A DNA stretch of 64,000 bases from the human T2T-CHM13v2.0 reference genome, Homo sapiens (GCF_009914755.1 NC_060936.1), one strand, 5' to 3'; positions 25,253 through 39,279 are shown, numbered from the stretch's first letter. The notes: a model not told the origin generated them from the letters alone. Numbers and translations are program-made.

Positions 25253-27552
25253 GTTCTAGTCAATCCCCTATTTGCAGACCAGAAATAAATCTCTAACATC
25301 CTAAAGATGTGCACACTGTTATTCTGTACTTTAAACTTACAATAAGCTGTCTAGCATGAATGTTACAGAAATTTAAATGATAGAAATAAAATGTCCCTTT
25401 TCTTCACAAAAAAATATAATGAACTGCTTATAACACTTAAGTCAGTGTCTGAGCCTACAGATGCATAAAATGTCCTAAAATGGTTCATATTTTTTACAGA
25501 AAAGGCATCAGAGTATGTTTTATAAAGTTAGTTCACCTTGCCTTTAATAAAATACCTATTAATATCAACTACAGAACATATCAGTTTTTCTCTTTTTTTT
25601 TCCCTCTTTTGGTTATTAAAGTGCTTCCTTTTGTGAAATAACTTTTGTTTCAGAACTGACTACCCTGATTTCATAATCAAACAATTAGCCAAAAACTAAG
25701 TATGTCCCTACTTTCCAGAGGTCAACATTTGACAAATTACCTTTCATAGTTCTTAGTTCTTAGTTCTGAATCACCTTCATTCTAGTTTTTTATCCTTCCC
25801 TCTAAATAATTTGTGAAATGAGAGAGACAGAAAGAGAAAGAGACAGAGAAATCGAGAAGGAGGGAGGGGTGATAAGACAGCAAAAATCATGTTGGGGATA
25901 GCACTCAGTGAACTTAGTTAGAATAAATTTATTGCCTGTGATGAAGCCAATCAATCTCAAGAACATTGAGAAACTTTATTAATCATAATGAACATCAAGA
26001 GAAAAAATATTAGGAGAGATTCAGGTTATCATAAAATGGTTTTAGAAATTGGTTTCCTTCTCCCAGTGAGTTGTTATACATTGTCTTTATCCGTTTATCA
26101 AAACACTGCACTTCCACTAGTGGAATGAGGTTGCAAAAATCAGAAGACAAAAAGCAAACAAAACAAAAAAACCAAACCTTTTAACAGGAAATAAAACATT
26201 TTGATCAGAATTCCCACAAATCTCTATGTTAAAATTTTAGTTTGTTTAAAAGAAGATGAGATTTTGAGAAACACTGATTTTACCTGTAGTCAACTAGTCT
26301 CTGCCTAAAAAAGTAAGGGCTGCATATTTATAGAACCATTTTATCATATATTTTATGTCTTTATAGCATGTAGTTGCTGATTTTCCTAATGAGGTCACCT
26401 TTCAGCAAATGCGTTTGCAAATTCACGTGGCGTACTTGCCTAAAAATAAGGCCAATTTGTGTGAGCTGAGGATTCTCAGTTTATTCCATGTGTTTTTCTC
26501 ACTGCAGTATACCCAATGCAATAGAAGAAAATATTTTTGGCAGCATTTATTCACATTGATCTTTGTGTCTTTCTCTGTACATTCCAATAAAAGAATAGGG
26601 TGATACAGGAATTAACATCTTTCCTGGATTTCTCATATTTGGAGCTCTTCAAAGGCAAACATAATTTTTCCCTTTTTTTGGGTGTGTGTGCTAATATACC
26701 GCATGGCCACCCAGAATCTCCATAGAAAAGGGGCTCAATAAACCTTGTTGACTGGTGGCTGGAGCCATGTAGTCAAATGGGGAAAGATTAAAGAGTTGTT
26801 TTTACTTTCTCAACTAAAGGGTAGGCAGAGTGAGAAAGCAGGTCTCGTAACCCCAGCTGATGAGGTAGATGATTTGGAAAGCAAAGGCTGTCTCATTTAG
26901 AGAGCTGGAAAAGTATGTTCCTAGCATTTTAACCTTAGCTATGCCCTAATTATGGACTTGGTTATTTTGCTAAGCAGCGGGAGGGACTTGGTGATCAGTT
27001 TCTCTGAATGTCTTGGCCAAGGTCTTCGTCTACTTGTAATGTTCGTCCCCATGTGAGTCCCTTAATAAAAACCCTAAGCCTTTTAACTCTGAACAATCAA
27101 ATAACATATTTCCAGCTGAAGCATGTTACAGTTTCAAAGATAGTTTCTACTGAAGATAATGAGTGTTCTAGAGCGTTAATTGAAACAGCAGGAAAGAATT
27201 GTGACTTTACAAATATCCCAGGGGAGTCCAATGCGCCAAGATGATGGCATAAATAAGCTAGACTAATGGACTTTAGTTTCTTAAGCCACAGATTAAATGA
27301 CGAAATTTTAAAGAAGAAAACTTTTCTTATGCTATAGAAATTTGATGAACACCATTCATAAGTTAATATGAAAAAATCTGTTTAACACAGATGAAAGAAC
27401 ACTACCATCTGTTGTTAACACTTTGTTTAAAATCTGACTATGGTATAAATACTCTTATTTTGATGCCCCAGTTTTCTTTGATACAAAAAAAGTGGATTAT
27501 TCTTATTTAATTCATATTTTTAATAACTGTGATACATGGAAAACTATTTTGA

Positions 27553-27716
27553 TGTTCATTAAATATTTATTGAGCAAGTACTACAAACAAAATAGAAGTT
27601 GCAAAGATGAAGCAGATATGAATCTTGATTTCAGAGATTTAATAAATCAGTAAAATATAAGACATACACAGACAAAACTTCAGTGAAAGTAGAAAGTAAT
27701 AAATGAGATATAAAAA
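27553..27716 (-). mobile_element. L2 3' end
   Basis: ttcattaaatatttattgagc. Confidence 0.6.
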
Positions 27717-28681
27717 CACAACGTGTTATTTATTTCAATGTTTTTGGCGTAAAATTTAATGAAAACATATCTCTGTTTTCTTGACTTATAAAGTATACTT
27801 GATAAAATTGACTACTTGATGTTAGAAATTTACAGTTCCCTCATCCTAAACATTATTTCTCATTATAAAACAACATAGAAAATTACAAAAATTTAAATGA
27901 ATCATTTGTGGCCTCATAACAATGAATGTAGCAATAATTATGCTGAGAGTAATTGTGTTCTTAAATAATTGAGACATTCTTGTTTTACATCTTGGGTAAT
28001 ACATAATGATATAACATCTTTCACACATACATAGTGAATAACATTTTACCATTCAATTTTAAGACACAGATTACGAGTTCACGAGACTAAATGATTTCAT
28101 TGTTTTGAAAAGCTGAATGAATTGTCATTATAAGAAAAAATAATTCATAATCTTAAATTATTGGCAATAAGAAAACCTGAATACACCACCAATTGCCAGT
28201 ATTTCTATTGCTTATGAGTAACGTGGTCTTTAGGTTAAAAAGAAAAGAGAAAGAGAAAACTTCTTCCATTAAAGGCAATTAACACAAAAGAAATTAAACC
28301 CAGTTGAAATCAGAGCAGAGAGGTTTCATTGTGATAGAACAGGATTTAAAGGTAGGAGATCTGAGTTCAAATCCCAGCTGTGTAAATTGGACAAGTCAAT
28401 TTGCAGATTGATATCTACATACCCACTTCACAGCATTGTCAGAATTGAACAAAAGAGTATTGGCAAAATTATGTTGCAAACATTAATTGGTAATTATTAT
28501 TCCTTTGAAATTCATGTAATCTTAATGTTTTGCTTTTTAAATCACAATGGTGATGTTTTTCTACAAAGGTACTGCTCTTTGGTTCTTGCCATTTCTATAG
28601 AAGCAGAAATCACCTGCCCTCCGTCAGTTTGCTGGTTATTCTCATTAATCCAGAAGAGACAGTTTTTGGATTTGTGTGTTT

Positions 28682-29078
28682 TGTTTTAGTTTGCTAGGAC
28701 TGTGGCATAGAAGCCAGAGGCCAGAAATTTATTTTCTCATAGTTCTGGAGGCTAGAAGTCCAAAGACAATGTGTCAGCAGGGTTCCTTCTCAAGGCCGTG
28801 AAGGAGAAATTTGTACCTGGCCTATTTGTAAATGGCTGTCATCTCCCTATGTCTTCATATTCGTCTTCTTTATTTATATGTCTGGGCTTAAATTTCCTCT
28901 TCATATAAGGATATCAGTCACACTGAATTAAGCTCCATCACAATGACCTCATTTTAATTTAACTATCTCTTTAAAGACCTTATCTTCAAATACAGTTACA
29001 TTCTGAAGTACTGAGGATTAGGTCTTCAACACATCAATTTTGGGTTAAGGAGATTGGGACACAATTCAGACCATAACA
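28682..29078 (-). mobile_element. MLT1B-like MaLR LTR
   Basis: cagaaatttattttctcatagttctggaggctagaagtcc...gggacacaattcagaccataaca. Confidence 0.85.
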
Positions 29079-30129
29079 TGTATTATGATGGATTGAGAGA
29101 AACTCATATAATTTCTTTGTTAAAGGAATATAACGGTCAGCAAATAGCACTGAATAACACATAGAAGTTTTAATAAAATATGAACATAGATATAAAAATA
29201 CTGGGAGGTATTTCTTACTTGGTGACATTCTTTTCCATTCTATTTTTTGGTGGAATTATTTGCCCCAAGTCACAATTTTCTTCATTGAGCCAAGGAAAGG
29301 AAGGCATCTATTCAAGTAGCAAACAAATCAGCAGGCATCTTTTGCCAGTCTAGGCCCTCTGGAGATGCTATATATTGGCTAGCAGTCTATTTTCTTCCAA
29401 CCATATGGTTTGGTGCAGATGATTTAGCACAAAAATAACCTTCTTCAGTGAATAGTGGTGCCGTGTGCAGGAAGCTCGTCCTTCTCTTTTTAACCACTCA
29501 CAGAGGTGTAACCCCCACAGGAAAGGCATCTGTCCTCCAGCAGCAGTTCACAAAAGGGAAGTTATAGATTTGACAACTCACTGAAATGTCACAGAGAATC
29601 ATTTTTTAAAACAGAAATCTGTCATTCCTCTCTATTGAAGTTTAGAACTTTAGTAATGAGGTACAATCTTTCTCTCTAGAGCTGTCGGGTTTCTTCTCTA
29701 AATTTTTTCAGCATTTTCATATTTGATTCTGCTGGTCCATTAAACCAATGCAAAATGATATAATCTTTTTTTTCATTTTTCTTCTTATGTTCTTTATTTT
29801 AATTTGTTGAGTTGTGGGTGATCTCCTGGACATATTTATTTATGATGTTGCGACAAGAAAGTTTACCTATAATGCTCTACAGTCCTAAGTCTATTTCTGG
29901 CTTTATTGCTTAATACCCTTGAAACTGGGAGAAAGGGCAATATTTTTTATACCATAGAATTTACATTTGTAAAATGAAGGCAGAAAAAGTAAATTATGGC
30001 AAATAGCAAATACAGAGAGAAAATGTCATAGCCGATACTAACAATGACGTCAGCCCCCAGTGGGTTGATTTGTATACATCAGGAAAAAAGATCCCCGTTA
30101 ATGTGTATCATGTTACTCTTCATTAATTT

Positions 30130-30394
30130 ATCCCTTCATTCTCCAAATATATTGTGTTAAGCATTATTCTACACTCATGGGATATATCAGTAAGTAAAAC
30201 CAAGGCCTTTGACCTCATAGATTTTGTATTTTAGTAGAAGGAGATCTGTGATAAACAAAAAGTATATAAAAATAAGTACATTTTATAGTTATGTTAGAAG
30301 GCACAAAAAAAATGTAGAGTAAGTTAAGGAGAATCAGAATGCTGTGTTGGAGCAAGACACTGGATTTTAAATGAGTGGTCAGGATAGGGCTTCA
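30130..30394 (-). mobile_element. L2a fragment
   Basis: gggatatatcagtaagtaaaac...ttttaaatgagtggtcaggatagggcttca. Confidence 0.65.
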
Positions 30395-32799
30395 AAGGCT
30401 ATTATAGGCTGTAACATTTTGTGATAGAATAAATATTGCCAGAAATGAATCTTTTATTAATTCTTTTTGCTTAAAAATAAACTCAGTTTTCAGGGTAAGG
30501 TATGGAAAGTTTAGCAAAGTACCCCTGGTATTTAAGATATTTTATTAAATAACATATTTCTTTGTCCATCTGTTCAATGAATTGCTTTCCTCCTGTAGTT
30601 TTCCTTTGTCCCTAAGAAACCTGATTTTGAACTATCTAGCTAAATAGTTTTCTATCTCCCTCTCCTAACTTGAAAAACCTGTGCCTCACATTTCACTTCC
30701 GTATCTTTAGACATGAGAATATCACTGACACTGTAAAATCACAAAGCATTTGTCTCTTCCAGGCTACTCTCTGCAGCCTTTGTACATTTTTTGCTTAGGT
30801 GCCATGTGACATGAAAGGAAAATAAGGCAACACTTCAAAATAAAAATTATTGGTAATGTGCTATTGAATAAACCCAAAGCCCATATTCTTCCAGGTTAAT
30901 TTGCTGTTAGCAATGCCTGTGCCACCAATTCAAAGCTTTGTGGCCAGGTCTTAAAAGTAAGTCCCTAAGCCCGTGAAATGTTAGCAAAAGGGCAAAATTG
31001 TATTTTTAACGAGAGAGGCAAATAAAGGAGCACAAAGGCATAGAGGGTAGCTTGAAAATATACAATGCTCTATGAAGCTGGCAAAACATTATGAGACATC
31101 TAATTTCAGCTGTCAAAGGGGCTCACATTGATTTTTCTGTTCATTGTATGCACTCTTAGGGTCTTTAAATAGAGCCTTATTTATTCGGCTCTCATATAAC
31201 CTATCTTTCTCAGGGGAAAGTTAATAGTACTTTCCAGTAGGAAAATAGGAGCTTAGTTTAGATTAGAATAGTTGAGAGCCCATTTTGTTTCTGTTTAGAT
31301 TCAAGGAAATGAATAGGTTTAGGCTTTTTGATGGTAAATAAGTCAAAAATCCAGGAACCCCAAATCGCTGCTCTTAATGCTAGTCGTCTTTGTCCTCCTG
31401 CTGCATGCTTTTGTTAGTATCTGATCCATCTATTTTCAGCTTCTTCAACCCCAATCCCACAAAACTGCTTCTGAGAGTGAAAAGAAAATCATGATTCACT
31501 TAAAATTAATTCTTTTGTAAGAAAGCATTTGAAAGCTGGCCAAAAATTAAACCCAGACCCTAACCAAAAGAATCTGTTTAGAAAATATAATCTCTACTTA
31601 TGGACGACTCAGTTCTGTTGTAGCAAAATATTCTTTTCCTGAAATTCCTTGGCAGTAGCTTATTAAAATAAGACATTTTATTACCCTACTTTCGCAATAT
31701 GACATCATTCTATTGATACTCATGAGTAGAAAATATAATTGTTTTCCTTTGGGAATTATATTTTGTCATTTTTTATTGTCCATTTATTGGAGACTGAGTA
31801 GTTTTGTCTTTAGAGCTTTTGTAATGAATCGTTCATTTCAACTTCTATTTTGGTGTAACAGTGTAATTTCAAATATTAGACTGTACAATCTAATAATGCT
31901 TACAGTACACAGACACCAGATCTAAAGAGAACAGCAGATCAACTAAAATTTTGCAGTTTAATTAATTATATCAGGAAGATGATAATTTTGTAAAGTTCCA
32001 AAAATTGTTGATTTGCTGCAATCCACCAAACTTTAAGATTGATGACAATATGGGTAACCATTTTGTTTACTAAGTCAAAGTCAAAATGCTGAGTTTGAGT
32101 TCTGATGTGTGTGTCTCTGTGTGTTTGTATGTATGTGTGTATGCGTTTGGCTGAACCAGGGCACTTCTGGGGTTTGCATTGTATCTTTCAGTCCCCACAA
32201 GTCTGTTTCACATGTTCTAACCCACTTGAGTAGATTCTGAACAAATATCATCAGATTAAAAGAAAGGACAGATAATACAGAGATATGTCTCAGAATTCCT
32301 TTATTGCATATCCCAGAAATTAATGAGGCTGCTACTACTTTAGGGAAGACATTCCCAACCTTTCAGATGCACTAGAACTCTTTTAAATGTGTAACAATTC
32401 TAGAATGTTAGAAGAGACATCTTGAGGATGACATCTTGTCCATTGAAATCAGTAACTCTTGTAACAAGGGTGTACTATCTTGGAAAAGAGAATAAAATAT
32501 GTAGTATAGAAGAAGGAAGAAGCAAAGTCTGAGCATTGAAGACTGAAAGACAAGCCTACTTTTTCCTCAATGGTGAAACCTCTACAAACCGTACTATAAC
32601 ACTGGCCAACCCTGGAAGAAGTCATAGAACTATTGGTAGCATCCAGATGGGATAAAGGGAAGGTGTTTTTTCCCTTCCTAAAATTTAAAGCTCCACATTA
32701 AACTTTATATTATGGTAAGGATGATTACATTTGTGTTTTGCAGGGATGTTTCGGGAAGAAAGAACGAGAACAAATGCATCTGCAATGTGTGAAATATGT

Positions 32800-33010
32800 A
32801 TATACACATTATCTAATTTTATCCTTACACCAGCTCCAAGAGTTAAGTACTAGGAGAAAAACTGAGGCTCCAAGGTCCTATGAGAAATGAGGAAACTGAA
32901 TCTCCAAAGTCCTATGACTTGACTGTGACAGACCTAGGAAATACTGCAGCTAGATTAGGAACTCATTTGCAAAATGCATACTCGTTCTACTTCTATAAGC
33001 TGATACAGTG
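32800..33010 (-). mobile_element. MIR with an internal ~35-bp duplication
   Basis: aaactgaggctccaaggtcctatga / aaactgaatctccaaagtcctatga. Confidence 0.6.
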
Positions 33011-33131
33011 CTGAGAACCTGATTTAGGTTAAGTTATTTATATGTCTTACATCAAATTGTGACAGAGATATCCTTATCATATTATTATCCTCACTTTATA
33101 GAACAAGAAGAAATTTCAGAAAGGTTTAGAG

Positions 33132-33310
33132 CGGTGGTTCTCAAAACTCATTGACCATCAGAATCACTGACAAAGTTTAAAAAATGCAAACTCGAGGAAT
33201 TCAAGCCCAGATATTTTTATTTAATCAATCTAGATGGAAGCTCAGGGATCTGTAATTTTCTAAAAGCTCCTCAGGTGGTTGTAATGTAACTCTAGCTTTC
33301 AGAAACATTA
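33132..33310. mobile_element. MER5A hAT-Charlie
   Basis: cggtggttctcaaa...catcagaatcac...ctcctcaggtggttgtaatg...agaaacatt. Confidence 0.8.
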
Positions 33311-33318
33311 ATTAGTGA

Positions 33319-33701
33319 TGATATGGTTTGGATGTGTGTCCCTGCCCAAACCTTATGTGGAGTTGTAATCCCCAGTGTTGAAGGAGGAGAGGGCTAGTGG
33401 GAGGTGATAGAATCATGGGGGTGGATTTCCCTGCTGTTCTTGTGATAGTGAGTGAGTTCTCATGAGATCCGGTTGTTTAAAAATGTGTAGCACCTTCCTC
33501 TGCTCTCTCTTCCTCCTTCTCCAGCCACGTAAGATGTGCCTGCTTCCCTTCGCCTTCTGCCATGATTGTAAGTTTCCTGAGGCCTCCACAACGATGCTTT
33601 CTATAGAGCCTGTGGAACAGTGAGTCAATTAAACCTCTTTTCCTTAAAAATTACCCAGTCTCAGCTAGTTCTTTATAGCAATGCAAGAACAGGCTAATAC
33701 A
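33319..33701 (+). mobile_element. MSTA MaLR solo LTR
   Basis: tgatatggtttggatgtgtgtccctgcccaaa...ctttatagcaatgcaagaacaggctaataca; TSD agtga / agtgg. Confidence 0.92.
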
Positions 33702-34788
33702 AGTGGATACTTTTCATAGTTGGAGAAGTAGGGGTTTGAATCCTCATCCATTTATCCTCTACCACTATGCAAATAGGTATAATTTGCATGGTATTGTTAA
33801 TGTATTAGATAATTTATTAAACATTACCTAATTTAATGATTATGATGATACCCTGGGATAAATACTTACCTCCTGGTGCTTACTGGAGACATACTATTAT
33901 TTATATGTTGTATTATTTATTGTTACATAACAATATTACTACAAACTAAGTTTAAAATAACATATATTGGAGACTTCCATTTTTATAGGAAGATGGAATC
34001 AATGTGTGTTTTGCTGTTTCTCCTGCTAAGTAAAAGTAGAATCACTGAATATTATAAATAAAACAAATATGAGTTGACTCTGAAAAGTAGAGAGAAATAA
34101 ACAAGACTTTGGGTGGAGGGAATAGACATAAATCAATGGAAGTGAATAGAGAACCAAGAAAAAACGGATACAAATATGCCCAACTTATTTTTGAAAAAGG
34201 TGCAAAAGCAATTAAATAGAGATAAAACAGCCTCTTTAACAAATGGCACTAGAGAAATTGGATATCCACAAGCAAAACACTAACCACAACCTAAGTCTCT
34301 TGTCATTTGCAGGACTAATTCAAAATGAATCATGGACTTACATGTAAAACATAAAACTATATAATTTAGATAAATAAACTTATAAGATTATCTCCAGGAT
34401 ATAAGGTTAGGAAAATAATTCCTAAAGTTAACATTAAAAGCACAATCCAGAAAATTAAAAAAATAATAAGTTGGATTTTATCAAAATTAACAACTATTGC
34501 TCTGGGAAAGATCCTGTTAAAAAGATCAAAATCCAAGCTACAAAGTAGGAGAAAATATTGGCAAACCAAATATCTGACAAATAAATAGTATGTAGAACAT
34601 ATAAGGAACGATCAACATTAGAAAAAATAAGCAAACTGATGAGAAAATGTGCAATGGGCAGTTTAAAAATGGAAATAGAGACATTTTGTCGAAGTAGAAA
34701 TATAGATGGCAAGTGATCACATGTCAAGATGTTCAATATAACAGAAAATGAAACTGAAATGAGATATCACTACACACCTATCAGAATT

Positions 34789-35067
34789 CCCAGGTGGGCT
34801 GTTGCCTGTAATCCCAGCACATTGGGAGGCCACAGCAGGCAGACTGCTTGAGCCCAGGAGTTTGAGAACAGCCTGGGCAAGTTCCATCTCTCCAGAAATT
34901 TTTGAAACTTAACCAGGTTTACTGGCACATGCCTATGGTCCTAGCTACTCTGGGGCGGGAGCTGAGACTGAGGTGTAAGGATCACTTGAGCCCAAGGGTT
35001 CCAGGTTACAGTGAGCTATAATAGGGTCCCTGCACTCAAGCCTAGATGGCAGAGTGAGACCCTTTGT
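34789..35067 (+). mobile_element. Diverged AluJ (Jo/Jr-like) in L1MD
   Basis: ttgagcccaggagtttgagaacagcctgggcaa; ggatcacttgagcccaag; gtgagctata. Confidence 0.9.
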
Positions 35068-35207
35068 GTATGTGTGTATGTATAATATATATATAGAATT
35101 TTACATATGTGTTCATATATCTCATATACACACATATAGACACAAACATACATTATATGTAAAATATATGTGTATGTGTGTGTAAGTATATATACATATA
35201 TACACGC
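35065..35207. repeat. TA/TG/CA degenerate microsatellite
   Basis: Seen directly, at the Alu tail. Confidence 0.85.
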
Positions 35208-37236
35208 AACACCAATTGCTGGTGGAGGTGCAGAGAAACAGAATGATTCATTCATTGCTGGTGGGGAAGTAAAATGGCACACCCACATTGGAAAACAGTT
35301 TGGCAATTTATTTAAAAAGCTAAACATGCCATTACCATACAACCCAGTGATTGCACTCCTGGGCATTTATTCCAGAAAAATGAAAACTTATGTCCACTAA
35401 AATCCGTACTAAATGTTTATGGTCCCTTTATTGGTAATAATCGAAAACTGGAAACAAATCTACATGCCCTTCAAAGGTGAAGGGTTAAACAATCTGTGGT
35501 TTTTCTCATATCATGAAGTAAACCACTGTGACATGAAACTACCTGGATGAATCCCTAGAGAATTACACTGAGTGAAAAAAAATCAAAAAGGTTAAATACT
35601 AATTTTATTTATAAAAGATTCTTGAAATGACAAAGTTACAGAAGTGGAGAACATATCAGTGGCTGCCAAAGATTAAGAAGGGGATGAGGGAGGGAGGGAA
35701 GTGAGTGTGCCTGTAAAAGGGCAACATGAGGATCCTGTGATGATGGAATATTTTTTTGTATCTTTATTGTGTCAATGTCAATATCTTGGTTGATAGTTTA
35801 TACTCCAGTCTCATAACATGTTTCCATTACAGAAACCTGGTTAAAGCATACAGGATATCTCTTCGTAGTACTTCTTACAACTGCATGAAAATTAATAATT
35901 GTCTCAAAATAATAGTCGAATATTTAAAATGTATATTATCTTACTTTTTGTGTGGGTTAGAGATCCAGACATAGCTTGGCTGAGTTCTGTACAAGGCCAC
36001 AATCAAATTGTTCAGCCAGGGACGGGGTCTCATGTAAAAGCTAAACTTGGGAAGGATCTACTTTCAAATTCATGAAGTCATTGGCAGCATTCACTTTTCG
36101 TGGATTGTTAAGCTGAGGGCTTCAGTTTCTTGCCGGCTTTTATCTGAAGGTCACTCTCAATTTCTTGCTGTGTGGACTTCCCTAACATGGCCATTTGCTT
36201 TATGAAAGCTAGCAAGGGAAAAAGTCCCTTAGCTGAACAGATGTTATAATCTTATTTAACTTAATTATGGAAGTGACAGTTCATCACCTTTGCTATAGTC
36301 TATTGGATTGAAGCAAGTCACAGCCCTGTTACACTTAAGTGAAGGAGATTATACAAAAGCATGAATACCAGTAGGCAAAGATGACTGAGAGTATCTTAAA
36401 GTTGCTCCAGTAAATGTATTTATATACATTTATTTCAAAGGTTTTTTCTTTAATTGGAATTTAATTAGGTCTTGATTTAACTGACTTTTGATTTAATCAG
36501 AAATATGTTTACTACTCTCCTAAATACTCGGCAGTTGTGCAATATGATTTAAAGTATTATCAGCTAAGTTCCACATGTATAGTAGATCTTAGAACTAAAG
36601 AATGCTCCAACATTTCTATCATAGGAAACAAGATGTATTCAAACCGACTGGGAAATACTGCATCTTAGCTACAGTAGGTATTTTTATACCACATGTTAAA
36701 CTTTTTAGACCTCTAGAAAACTTGTTATATTACTATGTTTATAACTTAATGATCTGAAGAGATCCAGGTAACATCCCAAAACACAAATTTATTATGTGGG
36801 AAAAGTTTACGCTTTGGAAGAAACTTTTTCTACTGTATCTTACCTGTATTACAAACACTGTCTTTTTAGAAAACTTCTTAGTTGCCTTGAAAATCTTGAA
36901 AACCCTTTCAGAATAGAAAAATGTATTTCACATGAAATCTTTTGCAGAGTAAACCCACTGAAATTCCCTGTGACCTAGTAAACACAAAGTGTAATCAATT
37001 AATTTAGTAATAAAATTTAGATTTGTGTGAAGGTTTGTTAATCTGCCTTTATATACTAAAAACTAAAATATTCTCTTTTTTGGAAAATTAAGACATGACA
37101 TTTTCATTCCTCTTGTACTTCTTGTGTGCTCCAAGATTTTTAAATATCCCTTATGGCATTTCTGAGAATAATCTTCAAGTGTTTCTTAATTCCAAAATAA
37201 GGTAGATCATCTGGAAATGATAAAAATGAAAGCAGT

Positions 37237-37257
37237 CATCATCATCATCATCATCAT
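37237..37257. repeat. (TCA)n trinucleotide repeat
   Basis: tcatcatcatcatcatcatca. Confidence 0.9.
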
Positions 37258-38490
37258 AAGATGAATCATTTAAAATAATAACACCTACTCTCTAGATAGG
37301 TCTAATCTCTGTAACAGAATACATGCGAGGTCAGGAATCAACAACTCCCTCTGCCTTACCCCCCTTCAAAAACAAACACATGAACAAACACACCATTCCC
37401 CTTCTTTTAGTGTATTTGGAGAGAAAGAAATTTGTCTCATATTTCTGCTAAATCATTCCCCATCTGGCTTCTGCTTCTCTATGTTGCCTGATCTGAACAT
37501 GCGTTATTGAAAACTGAGCTGTTTGTCCTGAGCTGAACACTGACTTCTTATACATGATTCCCCATAACACCGCTAAAATAAGATTGTTGATGGGAGTCTC
37601 CTTCTACTAACATTTTAGAATTTAAAATAATTAGGATTAAAAATTTGATAACAGAGGGGTGCATAGCACAGCACTGAACACAGAACAACTTATCGTTTTC
37701 ATTATCAGGATTTGTTTTCTTATTTTCTCTGTGTTGAAGGATATATCACTGACCCATATTCTTATCTGGCCTCTGTTCTTTGCATGATAGGTGAGCCCTC
37801 TCTACTCCCAGGGTCTTGTTCATCTTCACAAAAACCTCCTCCTATTCCAGTTGCCTGAAGGAAACTCTTAGATGTATTTCTGTATTATTCAGAGCATTCT
37901 ATTCTCCTGGATTACATTCAGAATACTTTGGCTTTCATAATACTAAAAGCACCCATCTAGATGTTTTTCTAAATAAGGGTGGTTTCTTACCTAAAAATAA
38001 TTGTAATATTTTCCTATTGTATCTAACTCAAATTTCTGGTATGTTTAAAGTGAATGACTTTTCTTGTAGCTTCATAATAACCACTACCATTCACTGAGGC
38101 ATAAAATACCCACAATTATCATTATCGAGCTCTTCGAACATGTTAAAGGCCATTCTATATGTTTTATACTTAACACTTTGAGTCACATAATCTTTAAAAC
38201 AACTCCATTATTATTCCGTCTTACAGCATAGTCGTTGTGAGAAGAGATCATATGCTTGAAAAACTTGTATCCCAATAACCCTGACAGATTAAAGCCCTAG
38301 TTTTCTCAGGTTTCAATATTAGGAGACTTCTATATAGGGATTTTTTAATTTTTATTTTATTTTTAATTTTTGGTGAGGAGAGTTAGGATTTAAACCCAGG
38401 TTTTTCTGGCTACAAAATGCACATATGTAATCATAAGACTTCACTCTATACAAACCCAGCTTCCTTTGAAGATTTTATGATATTATCTAT

Positions 38491-38991
38491 TGTGGTAGCT
38501 AGAATAATGCCCCCACCTCCAAGATGTCTACATCTTAATCCCAGGAACTTGTATATTCGGTTACACAGCAAAGAGGAATTAAGATTGTAGATCGAACTAA
38601 GGTTTCTAATCAACTGACTTTAAAATAGGGAGATTTTCCTGGATACTTCCACGGGCCAAATGTAATTACAAGTGGCTTTGAAATGTGGAAGATGAGAGAA
38701 GAGTGAATGTCAGTGTGATTCTATGTGAGAGAGACTAGTCATTACTGGTTTTGAAGATATAGTAGGAGGACATGAGCCAAGGAATGTAAGCAGCCTCAAG
38801 AAGGTGAAAAAGGCAAGAAAATGCAGTATCCCTTAGAGCCTTCAGAAAGAAAGATGGCCCAGTTGACATCTTGATTTAGCCCAACGAGATCCATTTTTAG
38901 ACTTCTGACCTCCAGAATTTAAATAATAAATTTGTATTGCTTTAACACAATCTGCTGTAATTTGTTATAGCAGTAATAGAAACCCACTACA
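38491..38991 (+). mobile_element. MLT1D MaLR solo LTR
   Basis: tgtggtagctagaataatgcccc...gagccaaggaatg...gttatagcagtaatagaaacccactaca; TSD tctat / cctat. Confidence 0.9.
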
Positions 38992-39279
38992 CCTATTTTG
39001 ACTTTTTACTCTTTCTTAGTCTACTGTTTCCAGTTTGAATATTATTATGCTTGATTGAAAAGAGTGAAGCACTGTTTAACACATGGCACTGACACTATCT
39101 TTGTTTCATAAATTTCCCTCCCTTTGACACTTCCAAGGAGCAGAACTTGCATTTTTGTTTCCTCTTGACCCTAACACAATTCAATGCCCATTTTATTTAC
39201 TGTTTTTCTAATCTAATTTTTCTTTGAAATTTAGGATTCCAAACTTTATTGTAGACAAAATGAAACAGAAGTTATGGCA

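Larger units (their letters stand above)
33969..35929 (+). mobile_element. L1MD-family element with 5' end, distal ORF2 and 3'UTR but most of the interior missing
   Basis: gacttccatttttataggaagatgga 5' end; ORF2 C-terminal peptide GKQFGNLFKKLNMPLPYNPVIALLGIYSRKMKTYVH; gggcaacatgaggatcc...cttacaactgcatg 3' end. Confidence 0.8.
33909..36405 (-). mobile_element. MLT1F-like LTR split by L1MD (parts ~33909-33968 and ~35930-36405)
   Basis: tgtattatttattgttacataacaa... resumes as tattatcttactttttgtgtgggttagagatcc...ggcagcattcac...gcaagtcacagccctg. Confidence 0.75.

Noticed and set aside
26112-26125. 14-bp palindrome ttccactagtggaa
   Set aside because: Several 7-bp-arm palindromes are expected by chance in 64 kb.
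35680-35698. G-quadruplex motif ggggatgagggagggaggg
   Set aside because: Ordinary G-rich tract of an L1 3'UTR.
37740-37790. 51-nt exon-like segment ending ag|gtgagc with one open frame
   Set aside because: Weak AAG acceptor, no recognisable peptide and no partner exons.
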